A DNA stretch of 64,000 bases, taken from NCBI GenBank assembly GCA_951406725.2, contig OX597814.1:198400001-198464000 (forward strand), written 5' to 3'. The notes under the pieces are model-generated. The model was not told the DNA's origin. It ran no database searches and saw only the letters and a program-made list of their open reading frames with translations. This DNA comes from Octopus vulgaris. Taxonomy: Eukaryota. A program made the position numbers and the translations under genes. Below are positions 13,400-27,175 of the stretch, piece after piece; the stretch's first letter is position 1, and every line of letters begins with the position of its first letter.

Positions 13400-14090
13400 C
13401 AAACCAGGTTGTTCTCATGCTGGTATAAAGATGAAGATTTCGTCTTGTCACCAAATATAAGCTTCTTTGAGGTATGCTCTCAACGCATCAGCAAGTGCAG
13501 TAGAGGCGCAATGGCCCAGTGATTAGGGCAGCGAACTCGCGGTCGGAGGATCGCGGTTTCGATTCCCAGACCGGGCGTTGTGTGTGTTTATTGAGCGAAA
13601 ACATCTAAAGCTCCACGAGGCTCCGGCAGGGCGTGGTGGCGACCCCTGTTGTACTCTTTCGCTCCAACTTTCTCTCACTATTTCTTCCTGTCTATTGTCC
13701 CCGACTTCCTACGCAACCACTGACTGGATGCGCATTCATCCATCCGTCGATGCTCTCGGTGTCGGGGGTTGACCTGCTTTCTCTTCTGCGGGTCTTACGA
13801 ATAGCAAAGGACCACGTTGCGGACTTCTCCCACTACGGACTTCTCCGCACGCTCAACATCAACATCAGCAAGTGCAGTTTTTGCTAAATCTGGTCCAATT
13901 CTCCTGATTTCACCAAAAAGCAAGAATGTGGCTCTATTCACAATATTAATGTTACCTCTGAAATCTTGTAAAGTATCATCAAGAGCCTCAAATGCATATC
14001 TGTGAGATGGTGTGCCCTCATCTCATACTTCCAGCTTGGCCTGCTTTAGCACCTTCAGCCCTGCAGATTCTTTACCTATATTAACAATCA
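13400..14090 (-). pseudogene. Decayed Helitron PIF1-type helicase fragment, split by a SINE
   Basis: Minus strand reads LKVLKQAKLEV*DEGTPSHRYAFEALDDTLQDFRGN..TFLLFGEIRRI..ADALRAYLK, resembling RepHel motifs IIWDE..HR.AFEALDRTLQD and LLxGDFRQ. Confidence 0.75.
13502..13862 (+). mobile_element. SINE family C with alternative 3' tail (type 2)
   Basis: Family C head, a different 3' half and a (CAA/CAT) tail. 16-bp TSD CATCAGCAAGTGCAGT at 13486-13501 and 13863-13878. Confidence 0.92.
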
Positions 14091-14207
14091 GAATTGTCAA
14101 TGCACGTAAAGGAGAAGGAACGGTTTTGTTACCATCTATGCACCCAACGGCAAAAGCATAAACATTGTGTATCACGAAACCATGCAAAACTGAAATTTTG
14201 GAACAAA

Positions 14208-15155
14208 GATACCTCTCCCTCCGACCACCTCTCTCGCCAACCTCCGAGCACCTCTCTCGCCAACCTCCGACAACTTCTCTCGCTAACCTCCGACATCTCT
14301 CGCCAACCTCCGACAACTTCTCTCGCCAACCTCTCTCGCTAACCTCCGACATCTTCTCTCGTTAACCTCCGACAACTTCTCTCGCTAACCTCCGACAACT
14401 TCTCTCGCTAACCTCCGACATCTTCTCTCGCCAACCTCCGACAACCTCTCTCGCAAACCTCCGACATCTTCTCTCGCCAACCTCCGACAACTTCTCTCGC
14501 CAACCTCTCTCGCAAACCTCCGACAACTTCTCTCGCCAACCTCCGACAACTTCTCTCGCCAACCTCCGACAACTTCTCTCGCTAACCTCCGACATCTTCT
14601 CTCGCCAACCTCCGACAACTTCTCTCGCCAACCTCTCTCGCCAACCTCCGACAACTTCTCTCGCCAACCTCCGACAACTCTCTCGCAAACCTCCGACCAC
14701 CTCTCTCGCCAACCTCCCACAATCTCTCTCTCGCCAACCTCCCACAATCTCTCTCTCGACAACCTCCCACAATCTCTCTCTCGACAACCTCCCACAACTT
14801 CTCTCGCCAACCTCCGACAGCTTCTCTCGACAACCTCCGACAGCTTCTCTCGACAACCTCCGACATCTTCTCTCGCCAACCTCCCACAATCTCTCTCTCG
14901 CCAACCTCCCACAATCTCTCTCTCGCCAACCTCCCATAATCTCTCTCTCGACAACCTCCAACAATCTCTCTCTCGACAACCTCCCACAATATCTCACGAC
15001 AATCTCCGACAACTTCTCTCGACAACCTCCGACAACTTCTCTCGCCAACCTCCGACATCTTCTCTCGCCAACATCCGACAACTTCTCTCGCCAACCTCCG
15101 ACATCTTCTGTCGCTAACCTCCGACATCTTCTCTCGCCAACCTCCAACAATCTCT
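14208..15155. repeat. C-rich minisatellite, ~23-bp unit CCAACCTCCGACAACTTCTCTCG
   Basis: About 40 units with 13-bp and 25-bp variants. Confidence 0.95.
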
Positions 15156-15366
15156 CTTCCTCCAGCTGACAGTTTTTTGTACTTTTTCGCGACGGAAAAT
15201 ACACCTTTCGTGGCAGTTATAACGAAATTGAAGAGATCGAAAGCACGGTCTTGTGTGCAACATCCTAACCACTAGGCTACCCGCCTACACACACACATTA
15301 ACATATACATACATTATGCAAACAAGCATAGATAAATACATTCATATATGGAGTGGGAATATCAGA

Positions 15367-15713
15367 GAGGGTCAATGACCCAGTGGTTAGGGCAGCGGAC
15401 TGGCGGTCATAGGATTGCAGTTTCGATTCTCAGACTGGGTGTTGTGAGCGTTTATTGAGTGGAAACACTTGAAGCTCCACGTGGCGAACCCTGCTCTACT
15501 CTCACCACAACTTTCCCCTCCTGTTTCTGTTGCACCTGTACTTCAAAGGGCCAGCCTTACCACACTCTGTGTCACTATGAATCTTCCCGAGAACTACGTT
15601 AAAGGTACACGTGACTGTGGAGTGCTCAGCCACTTGCACGTTAATTTCACGAGCAGGCTGTTCCGTTGATTGGATCAACTGGAACCCCTCGTCGTCGTAA
15701 CCGACGGAGTGCC
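15367..15713 (+). mobile_element. SINE family C, diverged
   Basis: Similar to 29640-30025, with an internal deletion. Confidence 0.85.
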
Positions 15714-16349
15714 GTAGTAGAAATATCAGTGCAGAGTCAGAAACGGCAAACTGTTTTTCTTTCATAAATCTGTCTCTGTGTCTTTCACCCATCTCTCATC
15801 CTGCATACATATATACAGATATAAAGACACAACACAGACGTACAGATGAAAACACACATCAGAGATGCTTTGGAGCTACTTAGAAATATTGAAACCATTT
15901 CTCTTGACGATGTGTCTAACAAACGTAGACTGATTAGCATAACAAGACAATGTGAAAGTAGTCAAAACAAAGATCTCTCTATAAAAACAATGAAGTACAA
16001 TCTAGAAATTAAGGACATCGAAAATAAATATAGGCGGACACTTTAGATAAACAGAAAGCAGTAGGCTTAGACAGAACAAGATGTTTAGATAGAACAACGG
16101 GTTTAGATTAAGCAAGAGGTTTAGAATAAAGATGTTTAGATAAATCCAGAAGTTTTTGTTAAAATTAGATGTTTCGATATAAAAAAAAAGGTTTGGATAA
16201 ACAAGCTTAAATAAGTTTAAATAAAACAAAAAGATAAATCCAGAGATAGCAGCAATCAAAGTTGTGTGGTTGAGATTTTACTTCACAAATACTTAATTCC
16301 AGGTTCGATTCAACCGCTTTGCACAATATATGACCTTTTTCTTATATAC

Positions 16350-16744
16350 TTTTCTACTCTAGGCACAAGGCCCAAAATTTTTGGCGAGGGAGCCAGTCGA
16401 GTAGATCGACACCAGCACGCTACTGGTACTTATTTAATCGACCCCGAAAGAAGGAAATGCCAAGTCGACCTCGGCGGAATTTGAACTCAGAACGTAAAGA
16501 CATACGAAATTACTATTTCTTAATTACCCACAAGGGGCTAAACACAGAGAGGACAAAGAAGGGCAGACAAACGGATTAAGTCGATTATATCGACCCCAGT
16601 GCATAACTGGTACTTATTTAATCGACCCCGAAAGGATGAAAGGCAAAGTCGACCATGGCGGAATTTGAACTCAGACCGTAGCGACAGACGAAATACCGCT
16701 AAGTATTTCGCCCGACGCGCTAACGTTTCTGCCAGCTCGCCGCT
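16350..16744 (-). mobile_element. SINE B dimer
   Basis: Full unit plus a headless unit, joined at 16505-16519. Confidence 0.88.
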
Positions 16745-17049
16745 TTTAAGAAGAAAAAGAAAAGGTGTGAGTGATCGGTGTTTTGTTCATCATCTTTAAA
16801 CAACCCTTATTCAGGGGCCTTTTGAGCGTAGTGGGCTACTCGACCTGACAAAATGTCTAACTGGTTCTCACCTGCAATGTTATGCGTTGTTTATCTTGAC
16901 ATCAGGTCACTATGTCGCGCACATATGGTATGTATGTACCTGGTGCACCTTTATCAGACAGGTAGTCATGATGGTTACGTTAAGTTTCGTATATTTGTAC
17001 CCTTAGTGTCACTTTGAGTGCATGCGCTGCTCTCTCACATAATAATAGA

Positions 17050-17444
17050 ATGGTTTCAAATTTTGTCACTAGGCCAGTAATGTTAGAGGAAGAGGTAAGT
17101 CAATACAAGCGACCCAGTACTTGGCTGCTACTTATTTTATCGACCTCAAAAGGACGTAAGGCAAAGTCGGCCTTGACGGAATTTGAACTTAGAACGTGAG
17201 GACGGGCGAAATGCCGCTAAGAATTTGGTTCGAAGTGCTAAAGATTCTGCCAGCTGAAAATTAATAATAATAATAGTCGTTTCAAATTTTGACACAAGGT
17301 CAGGGGATGAGTCGAATACGTCGACTCCAGTACGCAACTGGTACTTAATTTATCGACCCAGAAAGGATGAAAGGCAAAGTCGAACTCAGAACGTAAAAAC
17401 GGACGAAATGCCGCTAAGCGAGTTTACGATTCTGCCAGCTCGCC

Positions 17445-17479
<35 letters not shown>

Positions 17480-17969
17480 TATTTATGGATTCTTTTCATT
17501 ATAACTTTATTGCAGCTGCCTCAGTACCGGGCAGACAAACGGATTAAGTCGATTATATCGACCCCAGTGCGTAACTGGTACTTATTTAATCGACCCCGAA
17601 AGAATGAAAAGCAAAGTTGATCTCGGCAGAATTTGAATTCAGAACGTAAAGGCGGACGAAATGCCGCTAAGCGCTTGATCCGGCGTGCTAACCATTCTGC
17701 CAGCTCGCTGCCTAAAATTACCATTAATAAAAATAATAATTTCTTTACTACCCACAAGGGGCTAAACACAGAGGGGACAAACAAGGACAGACAAAGGGAT
17801 TAAATCGATTACATCGACCCCAGTGTGTAACTGGTACTTAATTTATCGACCCCGAAAGGATGAAAGGCAGAGTGGACCTCGGCGGAATTTGAACTCGGAA
17901 CGCAACGACAGACGAAATACGGCTACGAATTTCGCCCGGCGTGCTAACGTTTCTGCCAGCTCGCTGCCT
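17050..17969 (-). mobile_element. Cluster of four SINE B copies
   Basis: Cores at ~17050-17255, 17280-17445, 17530-17712 and 17741-17969, separated by (TAA)n/(TTA)n. Confidence 0.85.
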
Positions 17970-18669
17970 GTCAAGGTTTTGATAATCTAAAGAATTAATT
18001 TCATTCTATATCATTTAAAAAAAAAAGCCCGTAACTTAATCCCCTGAGGGTATCAGACAACACGAAATAACTTAAAGTACTTTTGTGCTGTTCACAAAAA
18101 ACGGGAATATCTTCTTACTGATGAAATCCAGTCTTTTCATACGAGACCATCCTGCGTGTTCTCTATAATTCTATTCCGAATGAAGTCTTACTTGATTTAA
18201 TTTCAGCATTTTGTTTTTATTAATATTGCTTTTGCAATATTAATAAATATTAGTTTTAAATATAAGAAATCATAATTCCTAATGTTACACCACGAATATA
18301 AACTCAATTAACCAAATTTAATTGTCTTTTTTTTTTGTCTTCAATTTCAGTTATTTGGTTTCAAAATACATAAATAGTTTTAAAAAATCAACAGCGAAAA
18401 GATACAAATACAATAAATTTTAGTCTGAAAATAGAGAAGTTATGCTAATGGCCTCACTGAAGGATTGGTGGATTGGCAGTTATCAATAATGAATGATTAA
18501 AACTTTACAGAATATAATTTCGGTTTTTTGAGTTCAAATACCGGCAAGATTAACTTGGATTTCATGTTTTTCCAACAGTCATTAAGTTAAAGTACCAGTG
18601 ATATACTGGCGTTGATTTAATCAACTATATGCTCCATCGAATTTTCAGGCCTTCAGAAAATGACAGAAA

Positions 18670-19059
18670 TCTCTCTATATATAAAGCTGAAGTTGTCTGT
18701 GTATGGCAGGTTTGGTAGCCTTCAACTAATACTATCTCCTCCGAAACCCTACGGCGCAAGTTGATCAAAATTGAGAGTATGATAGAATGCTTGCTCTTCC
18801 TTCCGTAGAAGAAAAAATTCAAATCGGACCATGTTAACACCAAAAATTATTTACATCAAAAAGGTGCTTTTTTTCTATGAAAATCCCTATTTTTTTACGA
18901 TTTTTTGACTGCTGTGTCGCCATTTTTCGGTGTATTTCAACCAGAAAAATGTTCACTTAAAGAGAATAACAAGCTACATAATGCAAAAGTTTTACTTTTC
19001 AAAAATTCCAATTCTAAAGAGTTGAAACAAACCCGAGCAACGCCGGGTGATACTGCTAG
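18670..19059 (+). mobile_element. Non-autonomous Helitron
   Basis: A|TCTCTCTATATATAAAGCTGAAG start, hairpin CCCGAGCAACGCCGGG, CTAG|T end. Closely similar to 58051-58451. Confidence 0.88.
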
Positions 19060-20197
19060 TCGTTGATAATAGCGAAGGCTTTAAGATAAAAGAAAAAAAA
19101 AGAGAAAAATTTATTCTAGATCTGTTTAAATATGTTTGGGACACAACTGAACTGACCTAAAGTTTGTTTGTTTTACATTACGGTTTCGTGCACCTACCCG
19201 GATATTTGTTCTAACCAAGAGGCCTATATGTACAATCAGTAAATAGTATTTACTAATGTTTGTTAAAGACAATAAAACTGTTCATTCAGCTCTGAGTTAC
19301 TTCTCTTGGCATCTGGTACTGAGGTGAGCTAACGAGCTTGAAATACATATATCAGTCCATACAGGGCGCTCTGAGCTGGTTGTGATAGTACCTTTTTGTA
19401 TAAAGCGAAAATATTTTCTCCATGGTAAACTTGTAGTGAAAGGAGCCTTTACAGGTTCAAATATGTCTCAAACACATTTGAACTGATCTAAAGTTTGCTT
19501 ATTTTCAGTTACCCATATAAGGAAATACAACAGAAATAAAAATGTAATTTATATTCTGATTGTAACTGTTTCAAATTTTGACACAGTAATTTTGCAAAGG
19601 AGAAACTTAATCGAAGCCATCAACCTACTACTGATTTGGTACTTTATTTTATCACCCCTCCCTACTCACACACTAGAAGATGACCATAGCGGGATTTGAA
19701 CTCATTCATAGAGAATTAGAACAAATAACACGAAATGTTTTCTAGGGGGTCTAACGATTCTGCCAAACCACCCCACAACGATTTTATTCTAATACATAAT
19801 CTTCATATTCAGCAATTTTGAGCGAACGGAACAATTCCATTATATCGACTACGAACCTAAATGGTTCGTTATTTCATCGACTCACCCCCGAAAGAAAGAA
19901 ATGTAAAGTTGACTCTAGCCGGTTTTGAACACAGAGCCGGAAGAGATATTATTAAACAGCTTGTCCGATGCTCTAACGATTCTGCCACCTCACCGCTTTA
20001 ATTCTCATAGCGTAATAATTGTGAAATATGTTGCTGTGTCACACAACTTCCGGCTCGCTTTGCAATTTCCGCTTTTGCGCGCGTGCACGTGTGTGAGCAT
20101 GTCTGTCTGTCTGTCTGCATGTATACGTGATTGTATGTACGTATGTATACATACATATATGGTATGAGGAGGAACATATTATAAAATATATATATAC

Positions 20198-20611
20198 GCA
20201 GGAGTGGCTGTGTGGTAAGTAGCTTGCTTACCAACCACATGGTTCCGGGTTCAGACCCACTGCGTGGCATCTTGGGCAAGTGTCTTCTACTATAGCCTCG
20301 AGCCGACCAAAGCCTTGTGAGTGGATTTTATAGACGGAAACTGAAAGAAGCCCGTCGTATATATGCATATATATATATATATGTGTGTGCGTGTATGTTT
20401 GTTGGTCTGTGTTTGTCCCCCTAGCATTGCTTGACAACCGATGCTGGTGTGTTTATGTCCCCGTCACTTAGCGGTTCGGCAAAAGACCGATAGAATAAGT
20501 ACTAGGCTTACAAAAGAATAAGTCCCGGGGTCGAGTTGCTCGATTAAAGGCGGTGCTCCAGCATGGCCGCAGTCAACTGACTGAAACAAGTAAAAGAGTA
20601 AAAGAGAGAGA
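20198..20611 (+). mobile_element. SINE family A, full length
   Basis: Head to GTAAAAGAG tail repeats. Confidence 0.92.
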
Positions 20612-20935
20612 GTATACACATATATATTCAAACACATACACACGCACACATATAAGTGAATATGGCCGCAGTAGTTGTCTGTTTGTCTGACTCTTACCGA
20701 AATGTTTTTATTTCGCAAAGTCATTATTGAGAAAAAAAATAAGCATGTTCACATATTAAGCTTCCATTGTTGAAAATAGATATTTTTCCATATCTTAAAA
20801 AAAAAGCATCTTATTACAGGAAGTGAACAAAAACATGAATTCGGGTTTATAAAAGTTTCTTCAGAAAACTTACATAAATTCGCTTTTTTCGACTACTTTT
20901 TCGAAGTTACGTTTAAAAAAAACAAATGCCATCAA

Positions 20936-21429
20936 TGTATGTATGTGTATCTGTATGTATGTATGTATGTATGTATGTATGTATGTATGTATGTATGTAT
21001 GTATGTATGTATGTATGTATGTCTGTCTGTCTGTCTGTCTGTATGTATGTATATATGCATGCATCTATGTATGTATGTATGTATGCATGCATCTATGTAT
21101 GTATGTATGCATGTATGTATGCATCTATGTATGTATGTATGTATGTATGCATCTATGTATGTATGTATGTATGTATGTATGTATGTATGTATGTATGTAT
21201 GCATGCATCTATGTATGTATGCATGCATCTATGTATGTATGTATGCATGCATCTATGTATGTATGTATGCATGCATCTATGTATGTATGTATGCATGCAT
21301 CTATGTATGTATGTATGTATGTATGCATGCATCTATGTATGTATGTATGTATGCATGCATTTATGTATGTATGTATGTATGTATCTATCTATCTATCTAT
21401 CTATATATCTATCTATCTATCTATCTATA

Positions 21430-21493
<64 letters not shown>

Positions 21494-21494
21494 C
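20936..21494. repeat. (TATG/CATG)n + (TCTA)n microsatellite
   Basis: Directly visible. Confidence 0.95.
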
Positions 21495-21839
21495 CTTTGT
21501 TTATTTCTGCCTTTTGTCTTTTATTTCTTTCTATCACACCCCCTTTCTTTATCTATTTCTTTACCTCGTTCCCCTTCTGTAAGATTTTCCTCTCTTTAGT
21601 CCCCCCTTCCTTCCTTCCTTCCTTCCTTCCTTCCTTCCTTCCTTCCTTTCAACATATAATGGCCCAGTTTCACAAGCGCTATCTGTCCACATCAATTACT
21701 TCACTTCATTCCAGCAAGACAGTAGAACGATTAACCTTCTTATAACTATTTTGAAAAAAAAATCCCAAAACGAAGGAAATCTTTTGGTTAGAATATCTCA
21801 GAAGAACCAAATTAATTATGAGAAAAAGGCTCAATAGAA

Positions 21840-22815
21840 AAAACAAGGTCAAGGCAATGAACACATGGGCTGTTTTCTTAATGCGATATGGCGCAAAAGC
21901 CCTACAAAAAGAGGCACGATAACATTGATAAGTTTGTCTACTTGAGGCTATGTGAAAAGTACAGCCTTGACAAAACCCGGAAATGGCACGGACATGAACC
22001 AGAAGGAGTCACCGAGAACAAGGAACATAAGATTCTGTGGGATTTTAAAATCCAATGTGACTCCCTAATCGAGGCTCGGAGACCAGATATTGTTGTGGTA
22101 GATAAGGGAAAAAGGAAACCAAGATTCAGATATTGCAATACCTATTTCTTTATTATCCACAAGGGGCTAAACACAGAGGGGACAAACAAGGACAGACATA
22201 GGTATTAAGTCGATTACATCGACCCCAGTGCTTAACTGGTACTTATTTAATCGACCCCGAAAGGATGAAAGGCAATGTCGACCTCGGCGGAATTTGAACT
22301 CACAACGTAACGCAGACGAAATACCTATTTCATTACTACCCACAAGGGGCTAAACACAGAGAGGACAAACAAGGACAGACAAACGGATTAAGTCGATTTC
22401 ATCGACCCCAGTGCTTAACTGGTACTTATTTAATCGACCCCGAAAGGATGAAAGGCAAAGTCGACCTCGGCGGAATTTGAACTCAGAACGTAGCGGCAGA
22501 CGGAATACCGCTAAGCATTTCGCCCGGCGTGCTAACGTTTCTGCCAGCTCGCCGCAGATTGCAATACCTGGTGATGCACACATATGTGACAGGGAACTAG
22601 AAAAGATTGAAAAGTATAGACTACTAAAAGACGAAATTGCAAGAATGTGGACTATAAGGAGAGTGGCTGTCATCTCAGTAGTTGTAGGAGCACTCGAAAC
22701 ACTGACAACCAAGGTCAAGAAATATATGAAAGAAATCGGAGTTTGCATGAGAGCAAACTAAAATCTCTGCTATGCTGGGGACAGCTTGGGTTTTGAGATT
22801 GGTATTGGCTGTTAA
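21840..22815 (+). pseudogene. R4/Dong-type LINE restriction-like endonuclease remnant, split by a SINE dimer
   Basis: YKKRHDN..WHGHEPEGVTENKEHKILWDFKIQCD..ARRPDIVVVDK / IAIPGD..EKIEKY..VVVGAL contains the RHD and PD-(D/E)xK motifs of RLE LINEs. Confidence 0.9.
22144..22555 (-). mobile_element. SINE B dimer
   Basis: 12-bp TSD ATTGCAATACCT at 22132-22143 and 22558-22569 brackets both units. Confidence 0.92.
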
Positions 22816-22919
22816 ATGTCTTCCACAATAATTAAAAACCAGAGCAAACAAGACAGAGCGCTATGAGAAATAATAATAATAATAATAATAATGATGATGA
22901 TGTGAATAAAAAAGAACAT

Positions 22920-23110
22920 ACATGATAATCGACATAGCATGCTCCGGTGACAACAGGATCATTGTGAAAGAAGAACAAAGAAACAACTATGGCGATTTGA
23001 AGTGTGAAATAGGTTGTAGTCAACGGGGAGAGTAGACCTTGTACCAACAGTAATTGGGTCACTTGGCAGTATCATCCCTCAAATACGATCATGTGTAAAA
23101 CAGATTGGCG
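22920..23110 (+). mobile_element. Second, more decayed RLE LINE fragment
   Basis: IIDIACSGDNRII...NYGDLKCEI...LVPTVIGSLG, with frameshifts. Confidence 0.6.
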
Positions 23111-23128
23111 TTTTTAACACACAATAAT

Positions 23129-23163
<35 letters not shown>

Positions 23164-23559
23164 ACAAAAGTATTATGTATGATGGCTACCATTGGTTTCA
23201 TGTTAAAATCATATCTTAATTTTTCAAGCCGATCACATAGAGGAATGGTGTTCGTCTTCATTTTGAACGAAAGCACAAAATATCTCGGAAAATGTGTCGG
23301 GAGTTCACAAAAAGTCTTAAAAAAAGTAGGGGGCACTACTATTTTATGACACGTTTTGAGCAATTATATCCCCTAGGTTTGGCTTTTGGGGGAAAATTTT
23401 GTGTTGGGCGGTGAATTTGCTTGCATTATATTATATTGTGGGCATATGTGATGTTCGTGAGTATGCTGTGGCATGTTTCTTCTACGTATGGAATTCGTGT
23501 GTTGTATATATTCAATGTTAACGTTGAAGAGAAGAAAGTACGCTGGTGAGGGTGGTGGC

Positions 23560-24065
23560 GCGGACAGTGACACTTCTTTGAAGTGTCGGACTATGAAATA
23601 TAACTTGTGTATGCAGGAAGAGATTCCATCCCTTATATTTAAAATGTTATATGTTGACTGTATGATATTTAACCTTTCAGTGATACAGAGCTCACATTTG
23701 TTACTCTGTCCTCTGTATTTTATGGCTTTAGTTATGATGCTCCATGTTATGTGGGGTATGTTTACTTTCCCTTCTTTCAATGTCCATATCATATTGGATA
23801 GGGATGTTGCATGTCTTTAATTTTTGTCTCTGAATGACGCCAAGTGTTGTGTGTATCTTTCCTTGAACGAGTTGCTTGCCATTCTGATATACGTCTTCGT
23901 TACTCCGTTGGGATCCATGATTTTGGCCTTGTATATGAGTTCTTTTTCCAGACAGTTATTATTCAGCGGACAGTGGTTTGAAGATCTATAATTACAATGT
24001 CTTGTATTTCGGGGGTATTCTAGGAACGTTTATTTTTGATGTGGTTTTAATGTGCGTCATGGAGC
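23560..24065 (-). pseudogene. Penelope-like GIY-YIG endonuclease remnant (Naiad-like)
   Basis: CNYRSSNHCPLNNNCLEKELIYKAKI..KTYIRMASNSFKERYTQHLASF..*RHATSLSNMIWTLK..ITWSII..KCELCITER..SSCIH, with one internal stop. Confidence 0.85.
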
Positions 24066-24174
24066 TGTTTTTTTTCACAGATGGTACCCAACTGACCTTA
24101 TTACACTGTAATCAACAAAACCAAAAATAAACAACGCGCTTGCGCGAAATAAAAATATAAAATGATTACATATA

Positions 24175-25038
24175 TTGGGTCATCCCATAAATAATGCGGT
24201 TTATTCAATTGCACGAATTAAAAGTCGGAGGGGGACGGGTTAAATTACCTGCATCAACTTGCTACAAAAGTAGGTAGTATTTTTACATTGTACTTATTCT
24301 TCGAGCAAGTTTTGAAGAGTGCATTTCGATTTTAACAGTTACTTTTTAAAAAACTATAATGGAATTGACAAAGGAGCATATTCGGCATATTTTGTTTTAC
24401 AAGGTCAATAAAAGCAACAACGGAAAGTGCGAGGAATATTAATGAAGTATATGGGGCTCGGACAATAAGCATAAGCCAGTGTCAACGGTGGTTCCGGACA
24501 TTCCGAGCCAGTAACTATAGCTTAGAAGACGAGTCTCGTCCTGGAAGAGCTGTAGAACTCGACGAGGACGTCCTGCAAATCCTGATGGAACAAAATCCTA
24601 TGGTGACCATTGAGGAACTAGCGGAGAAGCTTGGATTTGGTTATTCAACCATTCACCGACACCTGCGCTAAAAGAAAGCGATCATCTTTGTCTTGAAGAC
24701 GAAAGATGTTCTTCCATCAGGATAATACTTGGCCACATACAGCGAGGATAACATTCCAAAGGCCGGAGCAGTTTGAATGGGAAACGATGCCCCACCCACC
24801 ATATTCACCGGACATTGCCCCATCTGAGTATCATTTATTCCGCAGTCTTCAAAATCATTTTGATGGAAAAATATGAATTCTGTAGACGAGGGCAAAATAG
24901 TAAAGCAGGAGTATTTTTTGTCACGGACAAATGAATTTTGGAAGAGAGGCCTTGCAAGTTTACCAGCTAGATGTAAGAGCATTGTAGAAAATGAAGCAGA
25001 ACATATTTTGGATTAAAAATGAACTTTATCTTAATTTT
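24175..25038 (+). mobile_element. Mariner transposon, internally deleted pseudogene
   Basis: TA|TTGGGT 5' end; ATG at 24359 with HIRHILFY..QRWF..SLEDESRPGR; later WETMPHPPYSPDIAPSEYHLFRSLQN; stop at 25014-25016. Confidence 0.92.
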
Positions 25039-25202
25039 GGTGGTGGCGATCCCTGTTGTACTCTTTCGCCGCAACTTTCTCTCACTCTTTCTTCTGTTGG
25101 CCTGCTCGCTTAGCCAGCGGGGTGGCTAAAACAATGTGAAGCGCATTGTGATCAGCGATGTGTAGCAACATCTGATAGTCTGGTCGGTCACGTCATCACG
25201 TG

Positions 25203-25203
<1 letters not shown>
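25039..25203 (+). mobile_element. Headless SINE C central domain with a third 3' tail
   Basis: GGTGGTGGCGATCCCTGTTGTACTCTTTCGCCGCAACTTTCTCTCACTC followed by a distinct tail. Confidence 0.7.
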
Positions 25204-25233
<30 letters not shown>

Positions 25234-25234
<1 letters not shown>

Positions 25235-25461
25235 CAGTTCCCAATGTTTCACCAAAAGGGAGAAGTACAAATGTCACTAAATGTGACTAGGGTATTAGTA
25301 AGAACCTACATTGCTAGAAATAAGAGTTAAAAGCTCTAATGCTGTAGTTAACGCACATAAATGGAAACATATTCACTAACAAGGACCATAATCGTCCGAA
25401 AAGTGCCGCTGTCCTTTAGTGACATTTGTAATTTTCCCTTTTGGCGAACCATCGCAAACTG
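25234..25461. mobile_element. Small inverted-repeat element with a decayed HHR in its spacer
   Basis: ~47-bp imperfect arms (CCAAAAGGG..TACAAATGTCACTAAA). The spacer has CTAACAA-ggac(cataatc)gtcc-GAAA. Confidence 0.65.
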
Positions 25462-25582
25462 ATGTTTATATCAATTTTATATATACACATTAGTGAATCG
25501 GTATGTCATTTAATTATTTGGATGATGAAAACATAAATACTAATGGCGAAGTGATTCCGGAAAGAGCCGAACAATAGAGCGG

Positions 25583-25635
25583 TCTTAACTGATGAGGCAA
25601 CGGAAATTACCGAAACTGACGCGTCAGTATCAAGA
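25583..25635 (+). ncRNA. Hammerhead ribozyme motif
   Basis: tcttaa-CTGATGA-ggcaa(cggaaa)ttacc-GAAAC-tgacgcgtca-GTA-tcaaga. Canonical core and perfectly palindromic stem III. Confidence 0.8.
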
Positions 25636-26397
25636 ATTCTTGATCGGCGCTTTTCGGATGATTATGGTCCGGATGATTAGTGGGAACTTTTTAATAATCA
25701 CTGAAAAACAAAAATTGCTGAAACTGGTTTACTATTTTGATAAATTTGTTACAAAATTTAAAAAATTACACCCTAATTTCAGACACAGGTACATTTTTCA
25801 ATCCCCAAAATTAACTCTTCTATATTCTCTCCTGCATAGAAATGTACCTCTTTTTTACACACACACACACACACGCACGCACGCGCGCGCGCATGCGCAA
25901 ACAGTAACAAAAGAAAGTATGCATATAAAAGAGTAATGATCTAATGTAGCTAAAAAATCGTACTTGTTTGCAAAAATAGGCGAGATGTCACGTCTGGAAC
26001 GCTTTTGATCATCACTATGATCTGTCAGGAATAATCTGGACAACAATGACAACAAAGACCACCACAACAACATCAATAGCTGTATCTGTATCAGCATAAA
26101 AGTGATAGAAATCAAAGGACCATTTCATTTTTCCTCACAAAAGCTTACATTGAAAGCTCATATAAATTCAATGTGCTTTCAGCCCACCTCTTGCTGAGTG
26201 TTCTAAATCTAAATTATATATGTAATTGATAAATTCTATTGGAAGAATAAAAAAATGACGTTTAAAAATGATGAAAAAGCAGTGCGTTTCCATCAGATGC
26301 GAATTCGATCTTAATCTTCAATCTGATTCGGTGGCAAAATAATAATAATAATAATAATAATAATTGTAGATTTACTAAGCATTGAAAAGATATAAAT

Positions 26398-27175
<778 letters not shown>

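Noticed and set aside
14362-15204. Arg/Glu-rich repetitive ORFs and a CRISPR-like appearance
   Set aside because: A contiguous minisatellite with no unique spacers, open in several frames, and with no cas genes.
16770-17048. Probable LINE 3' UTR ending in (TAA)n
   Set aside because: Single copy in the window with no diagnostic coding motif.
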